A stretch of 64,000 nucleotides of DNA, from the NCBI GenBank assembly GCA_021776115.1, contig JAJFGN010000045.1:3649-67648 (forward strand), read 5' to 3'. Made by a program: the position numbers and the translations under genes. Positions 46,692 through 56,608 of this stretch are shown here, in pieces (positions within the stretch are counted from its first letter, which is position 1; each line of letters opens with the position of its first letter). The DNA is from Kiloniellaceae bacterium (GTDB lineage: Bacteria; Pseudomonadota; Alphaproteobacteria; Kiloniellales; J153). Under the pieces are notes generated by a model, which did not search any database, was not told the origin of the DNA, and saw only the letters and a list, made by a program, of their open reading frames with translations.

Positions 46692-48796
46692 GCCGAGTCC
46701 TCCTTCCTAGACACGCCTAGCCGTTCGAGTACGAGGTAGCCGAGCGCGTTCACGCTCGCCTCGAAGCTGGGCGAGACGACGGTCGTGGTTTGATCCTCGA
46801 CGATTAGTGCCGGGCCGGATACCCGCATGCCAGAGGAGAGATCGGCGCGCCGATAAATCGGTGTGTCCAGTTCCCTTGCCTGTCCGGGATCGAAGACTGC
46901 ACGGCGTGCGGCCGGTTTGGGTGCGGCGCGGCCGCCCTTCACTTGTGGCATGGGCCTCGGTGCTGGAACCTGGGTTTGGACGGTCAGGGTCCAGCTTAGA
47001 ATTTCGACGTCCAAGTCCGGAATGATCCGGCTGTAGAGCGCGGCGTAAACCTCATCGAAGGCCGCCGTCAAAGTCGCAGAGTCCGCTTCCGTCAAGGGTC
47101 GGACCGGCACCCGGACGTTGATCTCGTGCCCTTGGCCCAGGTAACGCATATAGGCGGTGCGAACTTCGATCAATTCCTGCCCGGGCGCGGCCGGCCGGAC
47201 GATGGCCAAGGCCTCCTCGCGCATCTCTTCGAGTGTCGCGTTGGTCGTCGCCGGATCGAAAGCCGAGAGGCGCTGATAGCGGCTGCGCACGACCTCGTAG
47301 GCGATGGGCGCGCGTAAGAATCCGATGGCCGAGCCAACACCTGCGCCGGTTGGCACCAGAACCCGGTCGAGGTTGAGCTTCTCCGCCAGACGCGCCGCGT
47401 GTAAGGGGGCCGCGCCGCCGAAGGCGACCAAGGTACGGGCGCCGATTTCCTTGCCCCACTCGATGGCATGCACGCGCGCGGCGTTGGCCATGTTCTCGTC
47501 GACCACTTCGGCGATGGCGAAAGCCGCCGCTGCGCCCTGAAGGTCGAGTGGACCAATCACCCGGTCGATAGCGTCGCGCGCCCGCGCGGGGGCGAGTGCG
47601 ACCGAACCGCCGGCGAAGCTTTCGGGATCGATGCGGCCGAGCGCCAGGTCGGCGTCGGTCACGGCGGGCTCGCTGCCGCCCCGGTCGTAGCAGGCCGGGC
47701 CAGGCTCCGAGCCGGCGCTCTCCGGGCCGACATTGATTCGCTTCAAAGCATCAACCCAGGCGATCGAGCCGCCGCCCGCGCCGATCTCGACCATCTCAAT
47801 GGCCGGGATGCGGATCGGCAGACCGCTGCCTTTCAGGAAGCGATAGACCCGCGCGACCTCGAAGCTGCGCGATGCGAGCGGCTCCGCGTCGTCAATCAGG
47901 CAAATCTTGGCAGTCGTGCCGCCCATATCGAAGGACAAGACTCGATCCAAGCCACACTCCTCGGCAATGCGGCTGGCCAGGATCGCGCCGCCGGCCGGTC
48001 CGGATTCGACCAGACGAATCGGAAACTGAACCGCAGTTTCGAAGCTGGTCAAACCACCGCCCGAGGTCATGAGCAGGAAGGGGCAGGCGAAGCCGCCCGC
48101 GCGCAGGGCCGATTCGAGGCGTGTGAGATAATGAGCCATCAGCGGCCGGACATAGGCGTTGGCGCAGGTCGTCGATTGGCGCTCGTATTCGCGTATTTCG
48201 GGGCAGACCTCGCTGGAGAGGGTCAGGCTAACCTCCGGCAGGGCATTACGCAGAATCTCCGCGACCCGCTGCTCGTGCGCTGGATTGATATAAGAATGAA
48301 TGAGCCCGATGGCGACGCTTTCTATGCCGTGTTCATGGACCAGCGGAATCAAAGCCTCCACCGAGGCATCGTCCAACGGCCGCAATACCTCTCCCTCGGC
48401 ATTCAGCCGCTCGGCCACTGGCCAACGCAGGTAGCGCGGGACCAGGGGCTCGGGACGATCGATCGCGATATCGTATTGGGCGAAGCGATTCTCGTAGGCC
48501 ATCTCCAGGGAATCGCGCAGGCCCTCGGTTACGATCAGCGCGGTCTTGGCCCCCTTGCGTTCGATCAAGGCGTTGGTCGCGAGCGTGGTCCCGTGGATGA
48601 TCAGGCCAACATCGCCCGGCGCGATCCGCGCTTCGGCCATGACCTTGGCAACGCCTTCCAACACGCCGTCCTGCGGCTGCCGGGACGTGGTCAGGACCTT
48701 GGCCGTGACCATGCGCGTGCCCAATTCCAGGGCGACGTCCGTGAAGGTGCCGCCGATATCGACGGCAAGGCGGGCCCGGCCCGTTGGCGTACTCAT
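46688..48796 (-). CDS. hyuA: Hydantoinase/oxoprolinase A family protein (ATP-dependent)
   Basis: LAVDIGGTFTDVAL...HGTTLATNALIERKG...SFDMGGTTAKI is the HyuA N-terminal/ASKHA pattern. 702 aa. Confidence 0.9.
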   Translation of the reverse strand: MSTPTGRARLAVDIGGTFTDVALELGTRMVTAKVLTTSRQPQDGVLEGVAKVMAEARIAPGDVGLIIHGTTLATNALIERKGAKTALIVTEGLRDSLEMAYENRFAQYDIAIDRPEPLVPRYLRWPVAERLNAEGEVLRPLDDASVEALIPLVHEHGIESVAIGLIHSYINPAHEQRVAEILRNALPEVSLTLSSEVCPEIREYERQSTTCANAYVRPLMAHYLTRLESALRAGGFACPFLLMTSGGGLTSFETAVQFPIRLVESGPAGGAILASRIAEECGLDRVLSFDMGGTTAKICLIDDAEPLASRSFEVARVYRFLKGSGLPIRIPAIEMVEIGAGGGSIAWVDALKRINVGPESAGSEPGPACYDRGGSEPAVTDADLALGRIDPESFAGGSVALAPARARDAIDRVIGPLDLQGAAAAFAIAEVVDENMANAARVHAIEWGKEIGARTLVAFGGAAPLHAARLAEKLNLDRVLVPTGAGVGSAIGFLRAPIAYEVVRSRYQRLSAFDPATTNATLEEMREEALAIVRPAAPGQELIEVRTAYMRYLGQGHEINVRVPVRPLTEADSATLTAAFDEVYAALYSRIIPDLDVEILSWTLTVQTQVPAPRPMPQVKGGRAAPKPAARRAVFDPGQARELDTPIYRRADLSSGMRVSGPALIVEDQTTTVVSPSFEASVNALGYLVLERLGVSRKEDSA

Positions 48797-48932
48797 GAAA
48801 TTGTGTTTCCAGCCTGGTTTTTTCCCAGCCTAGGAGACCGTGGGCCGCCTGTGCAAGCACAGCGCTTGTCACACCGGCCCCGGCGGCGCAATAAATGCGG
48901 GAAGGCAAAAAGCGCGGGAGCGGAGGAAAGAC

Positions 48933-49460
48933 ATGGAACACGCCGAAACAACCGGCTGGCCAGGGCAAATTCATGCGGCGCTGCGTGAGCACGAGGTGCG
49001 GCAGGTCGCCTATGTTCCCGATGCCGGGCACCGCGAGCTGATAGCGATGTGCGAGCGCGACGCCGCGATGACCGGTGTAACGCTGACGACGGAAGAGGAA
49101 GGCATCGCGCTTTTAGGCGGGGCTTGGCTGGGCGGGCAGCGCGGCGTCCTTTTGATGCAAAGCAGCGGTGTGGGCAACTGCGTGAACATGCTCTCGCTCG
49201 CACGGACTTGCGGCTTCCCCTTGCTGATGTTGGTCACCATGCGCGGCCAGTGGGGTGAGTTTAATCCGTGGCAGGTCCCCATGGGCCAAGCCACGCCGGA
49301 GGTTTTGCGCCTGTCCGGCGCGATCGTGTTCGAAGTGGACAAGGCCGATGAGATCGCCGAGACCGTCAACGCCGCCGCGCGCATGGTGTTTAACGGGCCA
49401 AGCAGCGCGGCCGTCCTGATCTCGCAGCGCGTGCTTGGCGCCAAGACATTCGGGAGGTAG
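48933..49460 (+). CDS. Split TPP-dependent decarboxylase, alpha (PYR-domain) subunit; sulfopyruvate/phosphonopyruvate decarboxylase-like
   Basis: VAYVPDAGHRELI...TTEEEGIALLGGAWLGGQRGVLLMQSSGVGNCVNMLSL...PLLMLVTMRG resembles ComD/Ppd N-terminal halves. Start at MEHAE (atg 48933). Confidence 0.8.
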   Translation: MEHAETTGWPGQIHAALREHEVRQVAYVPDAGHRELIAMCERDAAMTGVTLTTEEEGIALLGGAWLGGQRGVLLMQSSGVGNCVNMLSLARTCGFPLLMLVTMRGQWGEFNPWQVPMGQATPEVLRLSGAIVFEVDKADEIAETVNAAARMVFNGPSSAAVLISQRVLGAKTFGR

Positions 49461-49465
49461 GGGCA

Positions 49466-50074
49466 GTGGAAATGGAATCGGCCCGAAGTGAGCAGTATCC
49501 TCTGCGCCGGCGCGAGGTTGTGCCCCGCCTGCTCGCTGAGCGCGGCGACCTCCTGGTCGTGACCGGCCTTGGGGCGCCGAGTTGGGACGCGACCGCGGCC
49601 GGCGATCATCCCCTGACCTTCCCTCTATGGGGCGCCATGGGCGCGGCGGCTATGATGGGCCTGGGTTTGGCCCTGGCCCAGCCGAAGCGGCGCGTCCTGG
49701 TCATAACCGGCGACGGCGAAATGCTCATGGGTCTGGGTGCGCTTCCCACCATCGCGGCGCAAGCGCCTAAGAATTTGGCGGTTGTGGTCCTCGACAACGA
49801 GCGCTATGGCGAGACCGGCATGCAGACGACCCACACCGCCGGGCCGGCCGATCTGGCGGCCATCGCGGTCGGCGCGGGAATTCCCGTCGCCGCCGACATT
49901 TTCGATGAGGACGGTTTGGCCGATGCCTTGCCCCGAATCCGGAGCGAGCCGGGCCCGGTGTTTTTCAACATCAAGATCAGGGCTGAAGACCTGCCCTTGG
50001 CTTTGCCGCCCAAGGACGGCGCTTATCTGAAGACCCGATTCCGCGCCGCCTTGCTGGGGCCTGGGGCGGATTGA
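49466..50074 (+). CDS. Split TPP-dependent decarboxylase, beta (PP-domain) subunit
   Basis: The TPP-binding motif is VITGDGEMLMGLGALPTIAAQAPKNLAVVVLDNERYGETG (GDG...N). It starts 5 nt after the alpha subunit. Confidence 0.8.
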   Translation: MEMESARSEQYPLRRREVVPRLLAERGDLLVVTGLGAPSWDATAAGDHPLTFPLWGAMGAAAMMGLGLALAQPKRRVLVITGDGEMLMGLGALPTIAAQAPKNLAVVVLDNERYGETGMQTTHTAGPADLAAIAVGAGIPVAADIFDEDGLADALPRIRSEPGPVFFNIKIRAEDLPLALPPKDGAYLKTRFRAALLGPGAD

Positions 50075-51255
50075 CCTTGCGGGCACACTATGACGTCGTC
50101 ATCGCCGGGGGCGGGGTGATGGGCAGCGCCATCGCCTATTTCCTTGGCGCGAACCCGGATTTCGACGGCTCGGTCCTGGTGGTTGAGCGCGATCCTAGCT
50201 ATGCGGACTGCGCCACCACGCGCTCCTGGGGTGGGATCCGGCAACAGTTCTCGACCCCTGAGAACGTCCGCATGTCTCTCTTCGCGGTCGAATTTATTCG
50301 CTCTGCGGCGGAAGCTCTGGCGGTCGAGGGCGAGGCGCCCGACCTCACCTTCCGGGAGCAGGGCTACCTTTTTCTGGCCAGCACAGCCGGGCAGGCCGTC
50401 CTAGAAGGCAACGTGGCCTTGCAGCACTCCCTTGGCGCGGAGGTTCTGCTCCTCGATCCCGACGCCCTCGCGTCCCGGTTCCCCTGGCTCAATACTGCCG
50501 GCATCGCCGCTGGGGCCTTTGGCGCGAGAAACGAGGGCTGGATCGATCCGAGCGCGCTTCTACACGCCTTCCGGCGCAAGGCGCGGGCCTTGGGCGCCAC
50601 CTATGTGCACGACGAGGTAACCGGCATAGATACGGTGCGAGGCCGTGTCGCGGGGGTTCGCTTAGGCGCCGGCGGTACGCTTGGATGCGGCGCGCTGGTC
50701 AACGCGGCCGGACCGCAAGCCGGGGCCTTGGCCGCCCTCGCCGGCCTTGATCTGCCGGTCCGCCCGCGCAAGCGCACGACCTTCGTCTTCGATTGCCGGG
50801 AACCTCTGCCACCCTTGCCGCTGACGATCGACCCAAGCGGGGTCGCTGTGCGGCCCGAAGGCGGCCAGTATATCGCCATCGTCTCGCCACCCGGGGACCG
50901 GGACCCTGACAGCGCGGACTTGGAGCCGGATCATGGCCTCTTCGAGGAGATCGTTTGGCCCGCCCTGGCTGAGCGGGTGCCCGCCTTCGGGGCGATCAAG
51001 GTCACAGGGGCCTGGGCCGGGCATTACGATTACAATACCTTCGACCAGAACGCGGTCTTGGGGCCGCATCCCGTGCTCGGTAACGTTCTGTTCTGCAACG
51101 GCTTCAGCGGCCACGGCATTCAGCAGAGCCCGGCCGCCGGCCGCGCCCTTGCCGAATTGATCGTGTACGGGCGTTACGTCACTCTCGACCTTTCCACCCT
51201 TAGTTTTGAGCGGATTCCGGCCGGGCTGGCGATCAGGGAAGTCAACGTCGTATAG
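50071..51255 (+). CDS. FAD-dependent oxidoreductase (DAO family)
   Basis: The dinucleotide fold is [19 protein letters not shown], followed by a DAO-like body and C-terminus ([24 protein letters not shown]). The TTG start overlaps the upstream stop. Confidence 0.85.
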   Translation: MTLRAHYDVVIAGGGVMGSAIAYFLGANPDFDGSVLVVERDPSYADCATTRSWGGIRQQFSTPENVRMSLFAVEFIRSAAEALAVEGEAPDLTFREQGYLFLASTAGQAVLEGNVALQHSLGAEVLLLDPDALASRFPWLNTAGIAAGAFGARNEGWIDPSALLHAFRRKARALGATYVHDEVTGIDTVRGRVAGVRLGAGGTLGCGALVNAAGPQAGALAALAGLDLPVRPRKRTTFVFDCREPLPPLPLTIDPSGVAVRPEGGQYIAIVSPPGDRDPDSADLEPDHGLFEEIVWPALAERVPAFGAIKVTGAWAGHYDYNTFDQNAVLGPHPVLGNVLFCNGFSGHGIQQSPAAGRALAELIVYGRYVTLDLSTLSFERIPAGLAIREVNVV

Positions 51256-51316
51256 CCCTGGGCAAGCAAAGCTTTGGCATCGCCTCACCCCGTTCGCTGT
51301 GCTAGAGAAAGTGCCC

Positions 51317-52273
51317 ATGCAGACGTTCCTAGACTTCGAAAAACCGATCGCTGAGCTAGAAGGTAAGATCGAGGAGCTACGCCACATCTCCGACGACGGC
51401 GAGATCAATATCGCCGAGGAGGTCGCGAAGCTTCAGGCCAAGGCCGACCGCATGCTGCGGCAGAGCTATGCCAAGCTGACGCCGTGGCAAAAAACGCAGG
51501 TCGCACGTCATCCCGAGCGCCCTCATGTTTCCGATTACATTGCCAATCTGGTCGAAGATTTCATGCCCTTGGCGGGCGATCGGGTATTCGGAGAGGATCA
51601 AGCGATCCTGGGCGGCTTGGGCCGCTTCCGAGGCCATGCCGCAGTCATTCTGGGTCAGGAAAAGGGCCGCGACACGGCAAGCCGCGTCCGGCACAACTTC
51701 GGCATGGCGCGTCCGGAAGGCTACCGCAAAGCGCAACGCTTGATGCACCTAGCCAATCGATTCGGGCTTCCCCTGGTCAGCTTGGTGGATACGGCGGGGG
51801 CCTACCCCGGCATCGGCGCCGAGGAACGCGGCCAAGCCGAGGCCATCGCGCGGTGCATTCAAATTAGTCTTGAACTGCGTGTGCCCTTCGTCTCGGTCAT
51901 CGTCGGCGAGGGCGGCTCAGGCGGGGCGATCGCGATCGCGACCGCAAACCGGGTTATTATGCTAGAACATTCGATTTACTCGGTTATTTCGCCCGAGGGC
52001 TGTGCGTCGATCTTATGGCGCAGCGGCGAGCACGCGCGCGACGCGGCGGAAGCCTTGAAGCTGACGGCCGACGATCTGTTGAAATTGCGTGTGATCGACG
52101 AGATCGTCCGCGAGCCGCTGGGCGGGGCGCAACGCGGCAAACGCGAGACGATCGAAGCGGTTGGCGATGCGATCGAGCGGCATCTTGCCGAACTCCGCGT
52201 CCTGGACGGCGATGCGCTGCGCACGTCGCGGCGCGATAAATTTTTGGGGATGGGCCGGGCGGGAGCGACCTGA
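51317..52273 (+). CDS. accA: Acetyl-CoA carboxylase carboxyltransferase alpha subunit
   Basis: [22 protein letters not shown]...[16 protein letters not shown]...[16 protein letters not shown] is canonical AccA. Start at atg 51317. Confidence 0.95.
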   Translation: MQTFLDFEKPIAELEGKIEELRHISDDGEINIAEEVAKLQAKADRMLRQSYAKLTPWQKTQVARHPERPHVSDYIANLVEDFMPLAGDRVFGEDQAILGGLGRFRGHAAVILGQEKGRDTASRVRHNFGMARPEGYRKAQRLMHLANRFGLPLVSLVDTAGAYPGIGAEERGQAEAIARCIQISLELRVPFVSVIVGEGGSGGAIAIATANRVIMLEHSIYSVISPEGCASILWRSGEHARDAAEALKLTADDLLKLRVIDEIVREPLGGAQRGKRETIEAVGDAIERHLAELRVLDGDALRTSRRDKFLGMGRAGAT

Positions 52274-52304
52274 ACCCGCCCACCTATTCGCAGGGAGGTA
52301 CCTA

Positions 52305-53501
52305 ATGGTTCGCTTGAGCGATGCGCGGCGCGCTTTACAGGCGCGTGCCCGCACCTTGGCCCAGAGCAAGATCGCGCCTCGGGCGGCCGAAGTCGATCGA
52401 AGCGAACAATACCCCTGGGATAATGTAAGCGATCTGCGCGAGGCCGGCTTTTTGGGCATGACGATTCCCAAAAGCCACGGCGGCCAGGGATTGAATTACC
52501 TCGATGCCGTGCTGGTCATCGAAGAGATGGCTAAGGTCTGCGGCGTCACAGGACGAATCGTGGTCGAGGCCAACATGGGCGCGATCGGCACGACCATGTC
52601 CTACGGCACCGAGGCGCAGAAGCGCCTGGCTGCGGAGCTTGTCCTCGCCGGCGACAAACCGGCGATTTGTATTACCGAGCCGCAAGCCGGATCCGCCGCG
52701 ACCGAGATGACGACTCGGGCCGACAAAAAGGGCGATCGCTATGTTCTCAACGGGCAGAAGCATTGGATCACCGGCGGCGGGGTCTCACGCCTGCATCTGA
52801 TCTTCGCGCGTGTGTTCGATGGTACGGTGGAGCAAGGTATCGGCGGTTTCATGGTCGTCCGCGACCCCGATGGCGGCGCCCCCCAGGGTCTGACCATCGG
52901 TGCCCGCGAACCGACCATGGGCCTGCGTGGCATCCCGGAAACGCAGGTGCTTTTCGACAACCTGGAAATCCCGGCGGACATGCTGATTCTGCCGCCGGAG
53001 GGTTTGCGCCGGGGTTTCGCGCAGCTCATGAGTGCCTACAACGGACAGCGTGTCGGCGCCGCGTCGGTTGCTTTTGGCATCGCCGTCGGCGCCTACGAGC
53101 AGGCGCTCGCCTATGTGCAAGAGCGCGAGCAATTCGGCCGGCCGATCTACGAGTTTCAGGGCCTGCAATGGATGCTGGCGGACATGGCGACACAAATCGA
53201 AGCCGCCCGTGCCCTGATCTACAAGGCAGCCGATTGCGATGGGTTTCCAGACTCTCTCGAAGCGGCACAGGCTAAGGTCTTCGCCTCGGAGATGGCGATC
53301 AAGGTGACCAACGATGCTCTGCAGTTGTTCGGCGCCGCCGGTTATTCGCGCAACAGACCCTTGGAGCGGATGGCGCGCGACGCCCGCATGTTCACCATCG
53401 GCGGCGGCACGGCGCAGGTCTTGCGCACCTTGATCGCGGGACGCTTGCTTGACCGCAAGCTACCGCAGACCCGCGACGGCTATCTCAATCTTTCCCGCTG
53501 A
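52305..53501 (+). CDS. Acyl-CoA dehydrogenase family protein
   Basis: YPWDNVSDLREAGFLGM..., CITEPQAGSAATEM, and C-terminal QLFGAAGYSRNRPLERMARDARMFTIGGGTAQV. SD gcagggagg precedes atg 52305. Confidence 0.9.
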   Translation: MVRLSDARRALQARARTLAQSKIAPRAAEVDRSEQYPWDNVSDLREAGFLGMTIPKSHGGQGLNYLDAVLVIEEMAKVCGVTGRIVVEANMGAIGTTMSYGTEAQKRLAAELVLAGDKPAICITEPQAGSAATEMTTRADKKGDRYVLNGQKHWITGGGVSRLHLIFARVFDGTVEQGIGGFMVVRDPDGGAPQGLTIGAREPTMGLRGIPETQVLFDNLEIPADMLILPPEGLRRGFAQLMSAYNGQRVGAASVAFGIAVGAYEQALAYVQEREQFGRPIYEFQGLQWMLADMATQIEAARALIYKAADCDGFPDSLEAAQAKVFASEMAIKVTNDALQLFGAAGYSRNRPLERMARDARMFTIGGGTAQVLRTLIAGRLLDRKLPQTRDGYLNLSR

Positions 53502-53589
53502 GGATAATCTTTAGGTGCTTTGAACGATGAAGTTTTCTGTACACCCGCCTATCCGCGGAAAAATGGAGAAGACGGGACCGCGCGAAACC

Positions 53590-55200
53590 ATGCCGACCGC
53601 CGCCGATATTCTGGCCCGTGCGCTCCACGATGCAGGCTGCCGGCACGCCTTTGGTATCCCGGGCGGCGAGGTTCTGACCGTGATGCATGCTTTGTCCGAT
53701 GCGGGGATCGATTTCAGACTGTGCAAGCACGAAAACTCCGGCGGATTCATGGCTGAGGGGACCTATCACATGACCGGCGCGCCGGGCATTCTGGTCGCAA
53801 CCCTGGGGCCCGGTGTTGCCAACGCGGTCAACGTGATCGCGAATGCCGAGCAGGACCGCGTGCCGCTGATTTTCCTGACCGGTTGCGTCGACCCGGCGGA
53901 GGCGGAGGGCTATACCCATCAAGTCTTCGATCACCGTGCTCTACTTGGACCTATCACCAAGGCCAGCTTCACGCTGCACGATGGCGCGGTGGAGAAGGTG
54001 GTCGAGAAGGCGCTTTTCATCGCCATGGATGGGCGGCCTGGGCCGGTCCACATCGATGTGCCGATTTCTGTCGCCGCCAAGCCGCAGGAGACAGGCCGGG
54101 CGTTGCACCCCCCTTATGCCGCCCCGGCCGCACCCGCCGAGGGGCGGGCGCTGGAGGCCGCCAGCCACTACCTCGCGGCGTCGTTCCGGCCGGTCATGAT
54201 CGCCGGCTTGGAGGTTTTGGCCCAAGGCGCGGAGGCCGAAGTTGCCGCTTTCGCCAAGGACTACGGGGTGCCGGTCATCACGACCTACAAGGCCAAGGGC
54301 ATTGTATCGGAGGCCGAGTCTTTGGCCCTGGGCGGGGCCGGTTTGTCACCGATCGCGGACGCACACCTGATGCCGGTCATCGAGGCGAGCGACCTGATCC
54401 TCCTGGTGGGCTACGACCCGATCGAAATGCGGCACGCTTGGTGTGACGCCTGGGACCCCGGCGCCAAACCGGTGATCGAGTTCACGGCAGCGCTGCAGGC
54501 GCACGGCGTACACGGCGCGACCCTGAGCTTCGCCGGTGATATCGGCGCCGGTTTACGCAAGCTTAGTGAGGGGGTCACGCCGCAGAATACCTGGTCGAAC
54601 GGTGCGCCCGCGCAGGCGCGCGAAAAAATGGCGAAAGCTTATAGGCCGGATGAGCCTTGGGGACCGGCCGCGATTGTCGACGAGGTGCGCAGGGCTATTC
54701 CCGAGGACGCGGTCGCGACCGTAGACAGTGGCGCGCACCGCATTCTCTTGAGTCAGGTGTGGCAGTGTTATTTGCCGCGCACACTGCTTCAGTCGACCGG
54801 ACTATGCACCATGGGTTGCGCCTTGCCGCTTGCCATCGGCGCGAAGGTCGCGGCGCCCGAGCGTGCCGTCGTCGCCTTCACCGGGGACGCTGGTTTGGAG
54901 ATGGTGTTGGGTGAGCTGGCGAGTTTGCGCGATTTCAAGTTGCCGGTTGTGATCGTCGTATTCGTCGATGCCTCGCTCGCGCTTATCGAGCTAAAGCAAC
55001 GCAAGGCGGGGCAATACAATCTCGGTGTCGATTTCGGCGCGACCGATTTTCCCGCTGTCGCCCAGGCCCTGGGTGGCCACGGCGTCGCGGTCGGGGGCCG
55101 GGCCGCGCTGCGCCAGGCGGTCGTCGACGGCCTGGCCGCCGACACCTTCACTCTCATCGCCGCCCACATTGGCCCCAAGGCCTACGATGGCCGGTTTTAG
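53590..55200 (+). CDS. Thiamine pyrophosphate-dependent enzyme, acetolactate synthase-like (three-domain)
   Basis: ADILARALHDAGCRHAFGIPGGEVL...ENSGGFMAEGTYHMTG...GPGVANAV and the C-terminal TPP motif FTGDAGLEM...VVIVVFVDASL. Alternative starts are 53527 and 53563. Confidence 0.85.
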   Translation: MPTAADILARALHDAGCRHAFGIPGGEVLTVMHALSDAGIDFRLCKHENSGGFMAEGTYHMTGAPGILVATLGPGVANAVNVIANAEQDRVPLIFLTGCVDPAEAEGYTHQVFDHRALLGPITKASFTLHDGAVEKVVEKALFIAMDGRPGPVHIDVPISVAAKPQETGRALHPPYAAPAAPAEGRALEAASHYLAASFRPVMIAGLEVLAQGAEAEVAAFAKDYGVPVITTYKAKGIVSEAESLALGGAGLSPIADAHLMPVIEASDLILLVGYDPIEMRHAWCDAWDPGAKPVIEFTAALQAHGVHGATLSFAGDIGAGLRKLSEGVTPQNTWSNGAPAQAREKMAKAYRPDEPWGPAAIVDEVRRAIPEDAVATVDSGAHRILLSQVWQCYLPRTLLQSTGLCTMGCALPLAIGAKVAAPERAVVAFTGDAGLEMVLGELASLRDFKLPVVIVVFVDASLALIELKQRKAGQYNLGVDFGATDFPAVAQALGGHGVAVGGRAALRQAVVDGLAADTFTLIAAHIGPKAYDGRF

Positions 55201-55206
55201 GTCTCT

Positions 55207-56586
55207 TTAGATCGCGCCAAGCAGGCGCCACCAGAGATAGTCGAGCGGCAGGAGGGCCAAGAGGGTCACTATCGCGACCGCGGCCAGAAGCTTGGTCATG
55301 TCCGCCAGCGTGACCCAGCCGAGCTGGACCGCGACCGCCAGCGGTGGGCCCTGATAGGCCAGCAGCGGGGTCGAAAAACTCAACACCTGAAGCATGAGCA
55401 CGGTCGCTATCGGCAGCCCGGCCGCCTCTGCGAGGTTGCCCGCTAAGGGCGTCATGACCGCCGGTACGCCGGGCAACGTGGTGCCCAGGCCGACCGCCAT
55501 GCCCAGACCGGTCAGGGTCGCGAAATTGGCGAAGGCTTGGTCTGGGTTGAGTGGCGCGATGGCGATCAGGGCCGCACCCAGGCGCGCGCCCCAGCCGGAT
55601 TCGGCGATCAGTGTGCCGACACCCAGGATTCCCGCGACATAGACCACGGAGGCGAAGTTGACCTTGCCGAAATCCGGCGTACTCAGGACACCGATCCACG
55701 GCAGCAGGCACGCTAAGGCAGCGGCAAGAGATATCCAGGCCGGCGAAATGCCGTGGGCAAAGTCGGTGACCCAGCCGGCGAGTGCCAGGGCCAGGATCAG
55801 ACTCAAGCGGCGCTCCGCCGGGCTCAAAGCGCTCGGCGCCTGGCTTTGCGCGGCCGTGGGCGGCGGCATGCGGTCGGGAAAGAAAACCAGGATCAGGGCG
55901 CCGACGGCAACGGCCTTGAGAAGACCCAGCACCGGGAAATGAAGGAGGAGCCAGTGACCATAGGTCGGCACGAAACCGTGCAAATCCTCCGCCACGCCCA
56001 TGAGGACGACGTTCGGCACATTGGCGGGCAGGATGCCGAAGGGAATAAGAAAGGCGCCGAAGGCCGTGGCCAGGACGATCGCGGTGCGACCGTTCGATCC
56101 TTTGGCGAAGCCTAGCTGCTCCGCCAAGGCCAAGGCGATCGGCATGAGCAAAAGAACACGGCCCATGGACGAGGGCATCAAGAATGCCAACGCGATCCCG
56201 ACCGATAGCATGCCGAAGACGATACCGGCGTAGCTGCGCCCAAATGCCTGGCCCAGACGATTGGCGATTCGGGCGCCCAACCCGGTCACGTTGACCGCCA
56301 CGCCGACGACTAACCCACCAAAGATCAGCCAGGTCGCCGCCGCGTGAAACCCCGCGAAGGTGACCGAGGCGGGCGCCACGGCGAATAACATGGCTAGGGA
56401 AAAGAACAGCAGGGCCGTCACATGTTCGGGAATCGCCGCAGTTGCCCACAGGCCGATCGTGAGCACGGTCAGGGCCAGCGCATAATTGTCAGCCGCGCGA
56501 TCGCTAGGTCCCAGAAAGGCGACGCTGACCGCCGCTAGAACAATCAGGCCCCCGCCGATACGCCGGCCTGTCAGCCGCGCGATCAC
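55207..56586 (-). CDS. SLC13/DASS-like anion permease (ArsB/NhaD superfamily)
   Basis: 459 aa, highly hydrophobic with about 12 helices, and the sequence shows internal repeat character. The alternative same-strand ORF 55154..56449 is Arg/Gly-rich junk. Confidence 0.75.
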   Translation of the reverse strand: MIARLTGRRIGGGLIVLAAVSVAFLGPSDRAADNYALALTVLTIGLWATAAIPEHVTALLFFSLAMLFAVAPASVTFAGFHAAATWLIFGGLVVGVAVNVTGLGARIANRLGQAFGRSYAGIVFGMLSVGIALAFLMPSSMGRVLLLMPIALALAEQLGFAKGSNGRTAIVLATAFGAFLIPFGILPANVPNVVLMGVAEDLHGFVPTYGHWLLLHFPVLGLLKAVAVGALILVFFPDRMPPPTAAQSQAPSALSPAERRLSLILALALAGWVTDFAHGISPAWISLAAALACLLPWIGVLSTPDFGKVNFASVVYVAGILGVGTLIAESGWGARLGAALIAIAPLNPDQAFANFATLTGLGMAVGLGTTLPGVPAVMTPLAGNLAEAAGLPIATVLMLQVLSFSTPLLAYQGPPLAVAVQLGWVTLADMTKLLAAVAIVTLLALLPLDYLWWRLLGAI

Positions 56587-56608
56587 CGTCCGGCCGCCGC
56601 GCCCCTAG

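Noticed and set aside
55154-56449. 431-aa same-strand alternate-frame ORF overlapping the SLC13-like permease gene.
   Set aside because: The translation is Arg/Gly/Pro-rich low complexity. The 55207..56586 frame gives a coherent polytopic membrane protein.
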